Part shown: positions 12,330 through 24,126 of the stretch, piece after piece
Layout: each line of letters starts with the position of its first letter
Position numbering within the stretch: the stretch's first letter is position 1
Source of the DNA: Utricularia gibba
Lineage: Eukaryota; Plantae; Magnoliophyta
Length of the DNA stretch: 64,000 nucleotides
Reading direction: 5' to 3'
Assembly (NCBI GenBank): GCA_002189035.1
Contig: NEEC01000014.1
Coordinates: 1,922,001 to 1,986,000, forward strand
Position numbers and translations under genes: made by a program
The notes under the pieces: generated by a model
Seen by the model: the letters and a program-made list of their open reading frames with translations, nothing else
What the model was told of the DNA's origin: nothing
The model's database searches: none

Positions 12330-13602
12330 TCAATGAGGCAGCTGATCAGTGGATTGAATGACGCAGGAGGATTCGGCTGAATCGTTTGAGTGAGCCGTTG
12401 TGCAAACTTGGGAGATGAGTTTTGTACGCTTCCGTGGGCGGCAACTGTTCGATAATTTGTCTGATAGAAGCTGGTAGCAATTGTTTACTTCTTCCTGTTG
12501 AGGAGACAGACAGAAAGAAAACAGGGGAACGTTGTTAATGGGAATGAAAAATGTGCATTTATTGAGACTGATTCCAGAGAACATTAAAGAATGGTGTGAG
12601 CTCGTGACCACCAGAATCAATGAATGTACTAAACCTTGGTGATCTTCAACATGGCGAGAAGCTGAGTCTCGTAGTCAACTCCGGTGATTTCATGAACAAC
12701 GTGAAGGATGGTGGCGGCGGCCATTACAGAAGGCGGGCATTGCCGGAATCTTGAATCTGTTTGAAACAAATGGCGAGATCTGAGATGTGGGTAATGATGG
12801 AAGAAACGGTTTTGAATGCCCGAAAAAAAAAAAAAAAAACTAAACCTGAAAGAATGACTAGAAGGAGATTTTCACAGTTCCTGACGAACTCAAAATGGAG
12901 ATTGCCCTTGCTCTGATACCCAAGTCTTGTGATGATACCATCGAGAAATGACAGAGGAGTCACAGGATTCATTCTCCATTTAAGAGAAGAAAGCACTAAA
13001 AGCTCCATTCTTTGAATGGTTCTAGCCTCGAAGAGATACTTCGCACCTTCCACCTATCAATCAAGCAAAAGGGTTCAGTTTCAACTGTCATTTCATCCCC
13101 ACACACGATTAAAAAAAGCAGCGAAGGGTGGGCGAATGAATAGGGAAAAGTCACCAACTTGAAGGTCTAAAAGCAGAGGCACGTATGTTTCTTCAACTTT
13201 AGCAGCCAGAGAGAGGCAAGCAGTGGCAGCAAGCTGCATCATCCATGGCTTATCTCTTTGAAGGCTGATACTTGACAGGAATCTATCAAGATAATTTACA
13301 GCAAAAACGGCTGTCGAAGGCGTGAACCCATAGTGAGCATTCATCTTAAGAACCCATTCCACAGCTTCTTTCCTGCTAGCATCCTCCTCCTCCCCTGTTT
13401 CTTGTTGCTGAATGACTGAAAAAGTTTCCTTCTCCTTGGACAACAGGGATTGAAGATCTTCATCGTCGTGGTCCGAGGAAACAAGAGAAAGAGAAAAGAA
13501 GGCAGTTTCAGAGTCCTCATTCAAGATGATTCCCTCTTCCTCTTCTTCTTCATCACAGTAAAGGGAAGCATACTCCAAAAGCGGCTCCTCTCCAAGGGCC
13601 AT
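12330..13602 (-). CDS. CYCD3: D-type cyclin, CYCD3 class (4 exons, 312 aa)
   Basis: Exons 13602-13159, 13053-12846, 12756-12635 and 12494-12330 sum to 939 nt. It has an LxCxE RBR-binding motif (LYCDE) and the cyclin box [15 protein letters not shown]...AVNYLDRFL...[19 protein letters not shown], followed by [16 protein letters not shown]. Confidence 0.95.
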
Positions 13603-14969
13603 CTACCTCTGATAAAAGAAGGGCTGTTGTAGCTCTCTTCTCCGTTCATCATACAACGAAGCAAGAAGAGGGGTCAAAGAAGAGGCAAGCAAGAAGCATG
13701 GTTCAGTTGCTCACTTTGCTGGAGAGCAAGAGCTGTGTTGAGAGATGGATGGGGAGTGAGGAGACACGACTCGTTTGGCTCCAGAAGAGAACCAGGGGAG
13801 ATAAAGGGGGGAGGAGTTATTTGGAGCAGAGTCATTGTCACCCTTTTGTCTTTTCTCTGGGCACAGCCCCAGCCTCCTCCTACGAGCACCTCTAGCACCA
13901 TCCACGTTCCTAATCATGTAACATTACAAAACCTGATCATGTTGCTACTTGCGTTATCTGTTTTTAACTATAAATTAATCAGTCCGATCATTGCATCATG
14001 AATGCAAGTCCGAAACAGACCCTTTGCCTTCCAAATACTTCATCATAAAAGCAAGCACTTTACACATTCATTGCTCCAAAACACATGGTGTAATGAATGC
14101 CTATAGGGCGCAATTTGAGGATTCAACATGACTCTGATAATGAACAAACAATACTATTTCTGTGAGAGTGGATAGTGAATGAATAAGGAGAAGCATTGTT
14201 GGGTTGCATCATAAATCACCAACTTGTGGAAACTTGACCCCATTCAATTCACACTCCCAGATTGGTATAATCGCAATTGATGCCCATTTCCATGTATTTT
14301 GTTCTTTTGCCGCTTCGAATCCCATCAGGAATTCAAGATTCACATGGTGTGGTATGTGTAGGTAGAGATAAGGTCCGGTCCATGCCACTCTTTAAGATGG
14401 GGACAACCAACTTCATTCAGTACTCTCTATTACAGATGAGGCACCCAAAACATAGATTTCTCTTCCACAAAGCTCCCATCCTACAAGTATAATTGAAAAC
14501 CTGCTGATTCCAGCTCGAAAGCGATGTGATTTGAGATAAAGATCCTGATCCCATCTATTAGTTTTTGCTAGTCAACCAGTTGGATGCCCATCCGTATGTG
14601 GGATCTTAGAGAAATGGAGCTATTAAAAAAGAACAAGAAGTTGATTGACTTCAGGTTGGGGCGACGAACTAACAACATCCGGCCCATCCAACAGTGACTG
14701 GAAGAAGAGCAGAATGACAAAATGGGGTACACTTCAACTAAATGATAAAACTAAAATAAACTGAAGTGCGATTTCCTGAGTATCATTTTTAACAATCACA
14801 AGTCGAATAAAAAAGAACAATATATTCATCAAGCATTTGCTCTGCTAGGAAACAAGATGGGCAGCAAGTCAGCAATGGATACAGTATATCAGAAGAATCC
14901 TTTTACCAAGCATTATACAAATGAACAAATCCTACGCCAGCTGTTGCATAGGCACTGCACCTAATAGCA

Positions 14970-16400
14970 CTAAGGTGGGTAAGTTGGAGGTGGAAACGAA
15001 CCTGCGAGAAGGTGAGCGATTGTTTATTCAATAAACATTCATTGTCAGACCATCTGCAAACAGTAGACTTCCATTAAAGGATCAACATTTCTTACCAGGG
15101 GTGTGATAACGAGGGTCTTGTGGCGGTGGCGGATACACTGACGGTGGGGGTATGTTGAAGTTTGTGGATATGCGGAAGGATAATGAGCTGGCTGATCGTA
15201 CGAGGAACGCTGAGAATAACCCGATATGCTAACGGGGTAGGGCGGATATGCTTGTGAGGGAGAGTAGTTCGATGGAGGATATGCTGCTGGTGGATGTGAC
15301 GGAGGATATGCTGCTGGTGGATATGACGGAGGATATCCTGCTGGTGGATGTGACGGAGGATATGCTGCCGGTGGATATGAGTGGGGATATGCTGTTGGTG
15401 GATGCGCCAGGGATGGAGGAAGCTCCGGTGCAGATGGAACACCGTGAGGCATTGCAGCTAGTGCTGCTGAGGGATATGCTGCTGTTGTAGGCTTCTGAAA
15501 GTCACATACATTTGTTAGATCCAAAATCGAAAACAGAAAGCAACAAGAGTTTGTATAACCATTAAGCATAGAATAGGAAAAGAAGGTGTTCACTTACGAC
15601 TGCTTTTGCAAAATGCATTATGAGACGAACTTCACCTGCATATCTAAGAGCAGAGAAGCACAAGTCAATAGTGTGCATCCGAAATCGTGTTGCCCGTTGA
15701 TTATCTACTTCAGATTGGGGATCTTAAGAATATGGATTCGATCCCCAGTCGAATAAAAAAGGCAGAAAAAAAACAATAGTTACAAAGTGATGTATTTAAG
15801 CAGCTTACCTTCCCTTCTTGTCTTGAAGAGCCCAGGCACTATCATCATAACCCTGAGTCAACACCTTCAGTAACTGAACCCTGAAGATGAAGAAGAGGAA
15901 CACATAAAGAAGAAGAACAAAACCCAAAAAAGAAACCAGAGAAACCCATGAAGGCTAAGCAGTATCACCTCCCGCTGCCTATGAAAGCATCAAGTGAAAT
16001 GGTATTACTGTTCCAGACCGCAACAGATATCTCAGGCAACCCTTCTATCAAAGTAAACACGAATTTCTCTTGAAACGTCGCATTCTTGCCACCGTCTTTC
16101 AATCAGAACGAAGGAAAAACTCTAAATCAGTACCAGATGGATACAAGCCAACGTGGTTGGGTGAGTAATAACAAGTGCATACCAGTGCAAGTCCGCGTTC
16201 GGTACTTGGTGCTAGCATACTCAAGACGCACATAAGGATCTTGCCTAGAAATCCACTCCGTGTTCTTCAGTTTGCTACAACCAACAACTGAATCCAAACA
16301 ACCCCATCGTCAAGAACCCATCCCCGTACAAAATCCAAAACGAAATAGAAAACATACCGGTAACCTCCAGAAGCTGGCCCTGGATGCCTAACGCCGACAT
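14970..16400 (-). CDS. C2 (CaLB) domain protein with a Pro/Tyr-rich tail; 7 exons; apparent 1-nt frameshift at G-run 15146-15150
   Basis: Exons 16400-16358, 16287-16183, 16095-15969, 15880-15809, 15643-15598, 15494-15096 and 15001-14970. Translation: MSALGIQGQLLEVTVVGCSKLKNTEWISRQDPY...DGGKNATFQEKF. Exon 6 is 399 nt, but 400 nt are needed to join the terminal exon encoding GSFPPPTYPP*. Confidence 0.88.
15274..15408. repeat. Coding tandem repeat, 5 x 27 bp (YPPSHPPAA-type 9-aa unit)
   Basis: Unit GGAGGATATGCTGCTGGTGGATGTGAC starts at 15274, 15301, 15328, 15355 and 15382, with few substitutions. Confidence 0.92.
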
Positions 16401-17347
16401 GGGAAGAAAGGAGATGAATGGATGAAGAAATGTACCAAATCAACAATCTACCCAAGCTAGTCAACCCTAACACGAACGAGCACGCAGGAATCGAATGCAG
16501 GGATCAAGGAATAATTCTTGTTCAAGGAAAACGCGACCTTGGAGGTTATCCAAAGAGCACAAATCAACACGAGCACACAACTTGAATTCTGGGGTATCGA
16601 AGAATAAATCTTTTCGACGAAAAACGAGATATTGAATCAGAACTCCTTGCTTTCCGACTTATCCGAGGAACTTTTAAAATAGAGCTCCCAGCGAGGGGGC
16701 TTCCGAGCAGATGCGATCCATCTTCACGAGATCCATCGTCTCGTCATCCTTTATTTGTTTTGAAGTACGCACGCGCAACAATTGAGAAGTTTCTATGCCC
16801 TAGACGATAATGCACTTCAAAACAATCAGTTGACTGCGCAAAGCCTTTCATTGAAGAGCTTCGAATTCAAACACATGATATTCAAAGTAAGGTTTGTTTC
16901 TTTTGCAAAATGGCCAGTAAAAGGGAATGGTCGGTTTGTGCTGCGCCCTTGGTACTGCTCGTCAAATGAGGCAAAGTTAACTATAACCATGCGTCCCGAA
17001 GGGAAGATTGGAGCATGGATAGTTTCAGAGGGGCATTCAGGGAAGAAAGATGCAACCTTTGAGACAACGCAGAGCTGAACTTGACGTGGGAAAGTGAAAC
17101 AAAGCCAATGAGAATAGTTCTCCCAAGTAGAATCTGCAGACCAAGTCAGGATGCGCGTGCTACTAGGGGAATAGAAGTTTTACTAAACCAAAAGCCTCAA
17201 TGGAAGATAGACAACCACAACACAATCTTATGCAGCAGAACAATTGTTTCAACACCAAAAATTTGAAATGAAGAGCAGTAATAAAAGTTTCAGACACTGG
17301 GTCATACCATTCATGCTAATGAAAAGGGTTGAGAAGGAACCCATAAC

Positions 17348-17788
17348 TCAACGGTAGGACTTCTGGAACCTAGCACGAGCGCCGCGTCCACCGAACTTCT
17401 TGGGCTCGCAGCGGCGAGGATCAGCGACCAGAAGTGTCCTATCATATCGCACGAGAATGTCCTTAATCTCCTTCTTCGACTGTTCGTCGACGTACTTTTG
17501 ATAGAAGGCAACGAGAGCTTTAGCAATGGACTGGCGAATCGCGTAGATCTGAGAAGTGTGACCGCCGCCCTTGACACGGATTCTCATGTCCACACCGGCG
17601 AATCGGTGCCGGCCGAGGAGGAGAATCGGTTCGAATGCCTTGTAGCGAAGGATTTCAGGCTGGACCAGCTCGATAGGAACCCCGTTAACCTTGATCAAGC
17701 CACGCCCGCGCTTACAGTGAGTGACGGCAACCGCCGTCTTTTTCCTGCCAAAACACTGGACGGAATCATTCGCCGCTGCCGCCGCCAT
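17348..17788 (-). CDS. RPS16: 40S ribosomal protein S16 (uS9), intronless
   Basis: 146 aa: [13 protein letters not shown]...[26 protein letters not shown]...[25 protein letters not shown]. Confidence 0.98.
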   Translation of the reverse strand: MAAAAANDSVQCFGRKKTAVAVTHCKRGRGLIKVNGVPIELVQPEILRYKAFEPILLLGRHRFAGVDMRIRVKGGGHTSQIYAIRQSIAKALVAFYQKYVDEQSKKEIKDILVRYDRTLLVADPRRCEPKKFGGRGARARFQKSYR

Positions 17789-17861
17789 GGTTGCTGCTTT
17801 CTCTCTCTGCCCCTCCGTCGATGGATGAAAGAGTTGGAGTCCGCACCCTTTTAATTGAGGA

Positions 17862-17954
17862 ATTAGGGTTTACAAACTGGTTGGAAAATACCAGCCCAAA
17901 AAGCATATTCGTGGGCTCTGCCTCTTGGGCCCACCAAATTCGACCATCGGCCCA
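17862..17954 (-). promoter_or_regulatory. RPS16 promoter: telo-box plus site II elements
   Basis: AAACCCTAAT (telo-box, minus strand) at 17862-17871, with TGGGCY motifs at 17893, 17912, 17926 and 17949. This combination is established for plant ribosomal-protein genes. Confidence 0.7.
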
Positions 17955-20023
17955 ATTCAACTCCCTCCCTCTCCCTCTCCCTCTCTCGCATTGTGAGAGA
18001 TTTGTCGAAGCTCTTCATAGGCGGTAGGATATCCACTGGTTTCAAGAATATAATGCGACAACGCGCAAGAAGAAGACGATGGCAAGATGAAAAAAAGAAA
18101 CCCTCCTCTGGAAACGAACGTCAAGTGACCTGGTAAGCTTCATTGCTCGGAGGAGGCACTTTTGTGATTCGGGTGCGGGTGGGTAGAGGGTCTTCTTCTG
18201 CCATTTTAAGCCGACGCGATATGAGCCTGAATAGAGAGCCAAACTGAATTGTATCTTCTCCGTGATTCATGAATATGCGGGAATTCGTGTCCAAAATGCG
18301 TCTCTGGAATGCGCCAAACTTGGTAATTAGTCTGCAGAACTTGGATTTAGAATCAACCCTTCATTCCGAAATCCCCCTTCTAAAATGTCTGAATGCAAAG
18401 AAAAACTTTTTCTCTCGGTGATGCCATTCCCAATTCCCCACCCCATTGCGACTGGTTGAAGCTAATGTGGCGTAACGTGGTTCTGTTTATCAGAGTAGAT
18501 GTGCTGTCACCGCCGATTAATTGGGGTTCACTTAATATTTAATGCTAACCCCCCGGTTTCCCCCTCCCTCAGGTAGCTTGTTGGGTGGCACCAAAGTCAG
18601 CGATGCCCCCCGTTGATGTTGATACCTCTCCAGTCTCAACCGTCACGGCCGCCTTCCCATCGAAAATATGCACTTCACCAGGACTCCATTAAGCTCCATC
18701 GTAGTACAATCATCCTTATTCTCCCAGGAGCAACGCCCACATCCGACCCCAGAAACCCGAAACCAGGAGTGACTTCTAACTGCCAAGAGAAGAGACGATG
18801 GGTTGTCACATCAACGGGAGCCCCCACATAAAATAACAACAGGAACAAGAAGCAACTGCTAACTGAGCTCTTTAGAGGCCCGGATTCACCTGCTAGCTAG
18901 ACAAAGGTGAAAACTTCCTAGGCACCCTCTTAAGCACTTTTTGGTACATAACAGAACTTCCACACAGTTCGCGATTCTGATGAGTTCATGTTCTTTGGTA
19001 GCTGCTGTGTTTGATGCCCGGCGATGGTGCAGGAGTATAAGTAGGATCAGGGAGGCCCATGTACACCACCGCACCTACATGTGATATCTGGGGGTCGCGG
19101 TCATCGTCATAGCTTAGAAATGAAGATGGCGTTCCGATGCCAATATTTCGGATATTGAATGCTCAGTCGTCGGTCGAGGGGTAGGGCGTAGCCCCTCTAC
19201 CGGCGAGGTGGGGTCTCCGTTTTCGTAGGGTTTCCCACGAAAAATATTTATTATCGGGCCCTTTAAATTTACCGATTTTAAAACGCCACTGCTTTTTTTT
19301 TCTTCATTTTATTTTATCTGGTTGGCGTTTTACCTCTAAAAAAAGGGACTTTTTCATTGATCAGCAAAGCTGATACTGTCTAGAGAGAGTCTTGAGGCTG
19401 AGCGACTTCTGCTTTTGTCTTCTCGTGGTGCGCCATGTGAATTGTGGACAAAAGAACAGAAGAAACGAGATATTCCTTTTTTTTTTCTTTTGGATAATTT
19501 TCTCTTGAGATCCAATGGAAACATATGTGTTTCCATTTTTTCTGCTGGAAACGAGATTGTGATCGCTTGCGCCATTGAAGGTATTCTAAGCCAATCTGGG
19601 CTTTCCTTTTCTGTCTTATGTTTCTGGGTTTTTAATTTTGATTCGGGGTGTTTCATTGGATGGAATGAAGTGCTTTGAAAACCTGAGGATTTGGGATGGG
19701 ATGGTTTGAAAAAGGTTCGTCCTTATGATCTGGGTATCAAAATTTCGTTCTGCTTCCTCTAAGGCTCTGTATTTAACAGATTATCTGTCTAGTTTTGCAA
19801 TTCCTAGATGGGTTATGCGTTATTATTTCTAGAATCTTTTTTTTTTTCCTAAAGAAATTTTCTTGACCCTGTATCTGGGGATTCATTATTTGAAGATACC
19901 TTTCCTTTTTCCTGAAACTTCCTTGTTTTGTTGCCGTTAGTTTATAGTTATTCCCAAAAAGACGTTTGCTTATATCGTTCAATCTGCGTCTGAATGTCAT
20001 AGTGTTTCTCTAGACTGGAAGAT

Positions 20024-22377
20024 ATGCAAAGGGAAGGGAGTCCAGTAGATTCCTTTCCTGAACCACTTGATTTGAATCACGGATCAAATTCTGAAAATGT
20101 GGTTTTTTGGGATGATAATCTGAACCCAATTGAAACCCGGTCATCGGGGTACGCCATTGCGAACTCAGAAGGTAATGCTAATCAAATGGATGTTGGTAGC
20201 GAATTTGTTCAGAGATTCAGTGGTTGGGATTGTGGTGAATCCAGCTCTAGAACAAGTTACTTGCAAGGCCATGATGAATCACCTGTTAGGCCTGGCTGTA
20301 GATCGTGTTCCGATGCTTATTTGATTAATTGGTCTCCTGAGTTAAGAAACATCAGCGTTGCTAGACATGCTGGTGGTAATGGTCCTGCAAGATTTGATAA
20401 CTACTGCTCAAACTGTGCGCCATCCAATTCAAGCACAAACAGTGCTCTCATAAGGGAATCTTCAAATCGTGGAAGTCAGGGAGCATCTCAGACTCAAAAT
20501 CTTTGCCGTGATCAAGAAAGCTTTCCTGGTTTTTGTACTACTGATTCAGCAATTAATGATTTCCGGGGTTCATCCTCGAGTACGTGGGGCTCATCTAGCA
20601 AAAGAAAGGCTTTGGAGGGCTCGTCTGGGCAATTTTTTAGAGGTGGGTCTTCCAGGGCTGGCCAGTCAATGGATATGAACTTGGTGCAAGACCCTTTACT
20701 TGGACAGAATGTCAGCCCTGAGAATTCCTTAGTATCATCTGGACACCTGAGTTTGACTCTGGCTAATCAATCAGTGCAGCTTGATCCAAGCCAATTTGGA
20801 TCGGGTCAGGCTATCACCCCTAGCTTTTTTCAATCTTCAAGTGCTTCAAGAATCACAGAGACCTCAGCCAGAAACTGTGTCCCAATTTCGGGCCATGCAC
20901 GTAATGTGGTTACATTTGATGCACCAAGAAATAGTCCAATAAGGAGTGTTGGTATTCGTATTGCCAGACCATCAGGGTACATTTCAGGCTCTGCTGCATC
21001 GGATTCAAGGTTAATTGCTGAATCATCGATTGATCGAAGCAACCCTGTGAACTCTTCTTTTCCAATGCATCGGTATGAGGCTAGAGGTAGCTCTTCTGCC
21101 TCACTTTTGTCCTCTGGAGAAAGGAGATTTCCAGCTGCACGTGTGGAAGTTGGCGTTCAACGCTATCATAGAACTAATCCAGAATGCACCATGACTGTTT
21201 CTGCCCCTGAAATAGGAACTGCGTTGCAAGAACATGTTGATTGGAGCTTCACTCCTGGAACTTCATCATCAAGGAATCACCCCACTGTTTCTTCACATGG
21301 GAGTACTGTTTCTGGAGCTAGATCTTCCACTGTTTGGTTGCCTCATCCAGTTCAAGGATCCCAGCATCATCAAAGACCTTCAGAAGCTGCTCATTGGAAT
21401 CCCTATGCTGTAATGGAACCAGGAGTGCGCAGGACTCACTATTCTCTGAGTTACCCTTCAGCTATTCCCTCCAATGAAGGAACCACTTCTCGTCGTTCTC
21501 ATCACAGATCAGCTCCAACTTCTCCATATATGCTTGGAGGTGATGTTGGTGGTCCACATGCTCCATCTGCTCTTGAGGGCAGGCAAAGACTGGTATGGTA
21601 TTTGAATCATTTCAATTCAAGAATTGTAACATTGCTTTTGATTGGCAATTTCATTGTGCCACATGCTTCATTGGACAGATTCGGCAACTACTGAATGCAA
21701 TGAGGCAAGGTTCACGCATACGTATTGAGGTTTGTTTAGGGCCATTTTCATGACAAAGAAGTTGACTGTTTTTCCACCATTTTTCTACTTCAAGTTACTA
21801 TTTAATGGCTACCAATGATGAATATGTACAGATAGATGTCTGAATTGGGAACAAGTACTATGTTTTTTTGTGGCTGCTTTCAGGATTATATGCTTATTGA
21901 CCCTCTGTTTGCGGAGCTTCATGACAGTTACCGTGGTATGAGACTCGATGTAGATAACATGTCTTATGAGGTTAGAAGCCCGCTCTTGTTTTCCTGAAAA
22001 AAAGCCACAAGTAGCGGTGTAAAAATGAAAGCTTTGTGTAGGAACTGCTGGTTCTTGGGAAAGAATTGGGAACGTGAGCACTGGACTGAGTGAAGAGAAA
22101 ATACAGAGATTACTGAGAATCAGAAAACAAGCAGAAACAACACAGAATCTAGAGCCTTGCTGCATATGCCAGGTTTAGAGACATCACCTTTTTCTAGTGA
22201 TGCGATTGCTGTGCACCTTTCTGATTTGTTGCTCTTATCAAGCAGGAGGATTATGCTGCCGGAGATGATATCGGGGTGTTGGACTGCGGCCATGAGTTTC
22301 ATATTGCCTGCATCAAACAATGGCTCACGCATAAGAACCTCTGCCCCATCTGCAAAATGACTGCCTTGGGACGCTGA
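20024..22377 (+). CDS. RING-H2 E3 ubiquitin ligase (MBR1/MBR2/HIP1-like), 5 coding exons; apparent 1-nt frameshift at 22057-22059
   Basis: Exons 20024-21592, 21679-21729, 21884-21970, 22042-22172 (131 nt, needs 132) and 22246-22377. Motifs: MRLDVDNMSYE, ELL.LGERIGNVSTGLSEE (after restoring one G), and CCICQEDY...CGHEFHIACIKQWL..KNLCPICK. Confidence 0.9.
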
Positions 22378-22814
22378 TCAGGTGTCCCCGCACCCGAGCC
22401 ACTGTCTTTTATGGTCTCTCCCCTGATTCGGGTATATTATCGAAAATGGGCCTGTCTGAACCTTGAGACTAAGACACTGGCATTGCACCAGTTTTGTATT
22501 CTTACAGAGTCATCAACTCTTTACTTTCGCTTGGGAAGAATTATTAGAACTGAGACTACTTAGTTTTAGCTCTCTCCCTGCAATGGCTGTGGGGAGGAGC
22601 AAAGAGAAGCAGACAAGAGCTTCCAAGATAGATCTTGGTTCCATGGTATCTAATTTAACTGCATCATCTTTTCAATGTACAAAAGCTCAAGCAGTATGCA
22701 CTATGCACCAAACACAAAGGTAGCAAAAAGCTACTCAACGCGATTCTGTAATTTACTATCAAAAGGGAGTGATGTTAGTGATTCAATTCACCTGGGGGAG
22801 TTCAGAATGTACGC

Positions 22815-23731
22815 CTAAGAAGCAAGGATTCTTTCGATGACATCAAGGTAGAAGCTTTTGGGCATGGTGCCGAGGATGGAGTCGCGTTTCTTACCATCCT
22901 TGAAGAGTAGCACCATTGGCACAGCTTTGACATCGTAGTGTTTAGCGAGTTGGGAATCCCTGTCTGCATCAATCACAAAACAGTTTAGTCTCCCCGAGTA
23001 TTCCGTTGCAATCTCATCGATCAGTCGATGGACGATGCAGCACGGACCACACCAAGCAGCGTAGAACTCCACCAGAACTGGAGACTTGCTGCCTATTACA
23101 TGTTTCTCCCATGATTTTGCGGTGACCGGAGAAGCTGCGGAAGTGGCAAATGGGATGAATTAGCAGACCAGAAAATGTCTATGCAGACAATGCCTGGTGT
23201 AGTAGGTGTGGGTTTCAAGCAAAAGAGAAGAAACAAATTTCAGAATACCCTTCCCCACCAATACACAGGAATCATTTAAGTGATCTCAACCAATACACAT
23301 GAATAATCACTGCTTGTACACAACCCGCTACCAGAAATGTCATGATCAGCGCCAATTTACACAAGAAATGTCATGATCAGCGCAACGATTGCGCTAATAT
23401 TAAACCCATTATTTCAACATTCAGCAGCATAGTCATCCGCGTTGCCCTAGAACCCAACCCACAGTAAGAGATTACCGATCCAGCTATCTCTGGAGATTAT
23501 CAGTGGAGAGTAGGTTACCAGGTTAGACTCACTATTGTGATCACCAAGGCAGGATACCAGTACGGATCTCCGGGAGGCGTGGAGCCTCTTCTCCGCCAAA
23601 AACGGGATCTTGAATATGTGGGTCTTCCGCTGCAGATCCAAGACACTCGCCGTAGCCACCGGTACGCCATAAGAGCGTTGCTCAATACACGGAAGAGAAA
23701 TAGAAGCTGCGAAGCCACGCGAACCAGCCAT
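22815..23731 (-). CDS. TRX-M3: Thioredoxin m3, chloroplastic (2 exons, 172 aa)
   Basis: Exons 23731-23533 (GTGAGT donor) and 23134-22815. After the transit peptide: [26 protein letters not shown]...[12 protein letters not shown]...[10 protein letters not shown], matching the m3 subtype. Confidence 0.9.
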
Positions 23732-24126
23732 CTTCAACACCTGTAAGGAGAATTGGAATCAAGAAAAAGAAACTCTTTGGCGGCAGCTGTAGAGGTGATA
23801 ATAAACGTGGAGTTATGATAATGGCGGTGCCACTCTCTTCACTAAATAGACTTAAACACTTAACCTGTGTTAATTAATACTTTACGAGAAGTAGCAACAT
23901 TGCAAATGGGAACAATTTGGATACACATCCCAGTTCTTCAATGAGGTACAACTCTCGAGAGCAAGATAATTGTTCATAATAAAAAACAGCATGATTCATG
24001 TTAATCAGTTTTCAAGAGACAGAAGCCGACCTCTTTGTTGTTCTTTGGAACCCGTGTATCTCCCATCATCTCTTGTGCTTTCTCGGTCACTCACCACAGT
24101 GCATCGAGTGCTTTGGCATCCCAACT

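Noticed and set aside
13357-13367. 11-nt complementarity of the CYCD3 mRNA to the miR396 5' end
   Set aside because: It arises from conserved EAVEW codons, and pairing fails beyond position 11-12.
15274-15408. Regularly spaced repeats as a possible CRISPR-like array
   Set aside because: The units are contiguous with no unique spacers, lie in frame within an exon of a eukaryotic gene, and there are no cas genes.
15045-15593. Treating the eight frameshifted genes as true pseudogenes
   Set aside because: Splice sites, catalytic residues and downstream exons are intact, and every lesion is the same one-base deficit at a G/C run, which points to a technical artefact.
18995-19062. Alternative minus-strand frame encoding ...TPAPSPGIKH, resembling a group II CEP peptide (PSPGIGH)
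   Set aside because: There is no signal peptide in that frame, the conserved Gly is Lys, and the same bases encode the hydrophobic stretch of another frame.
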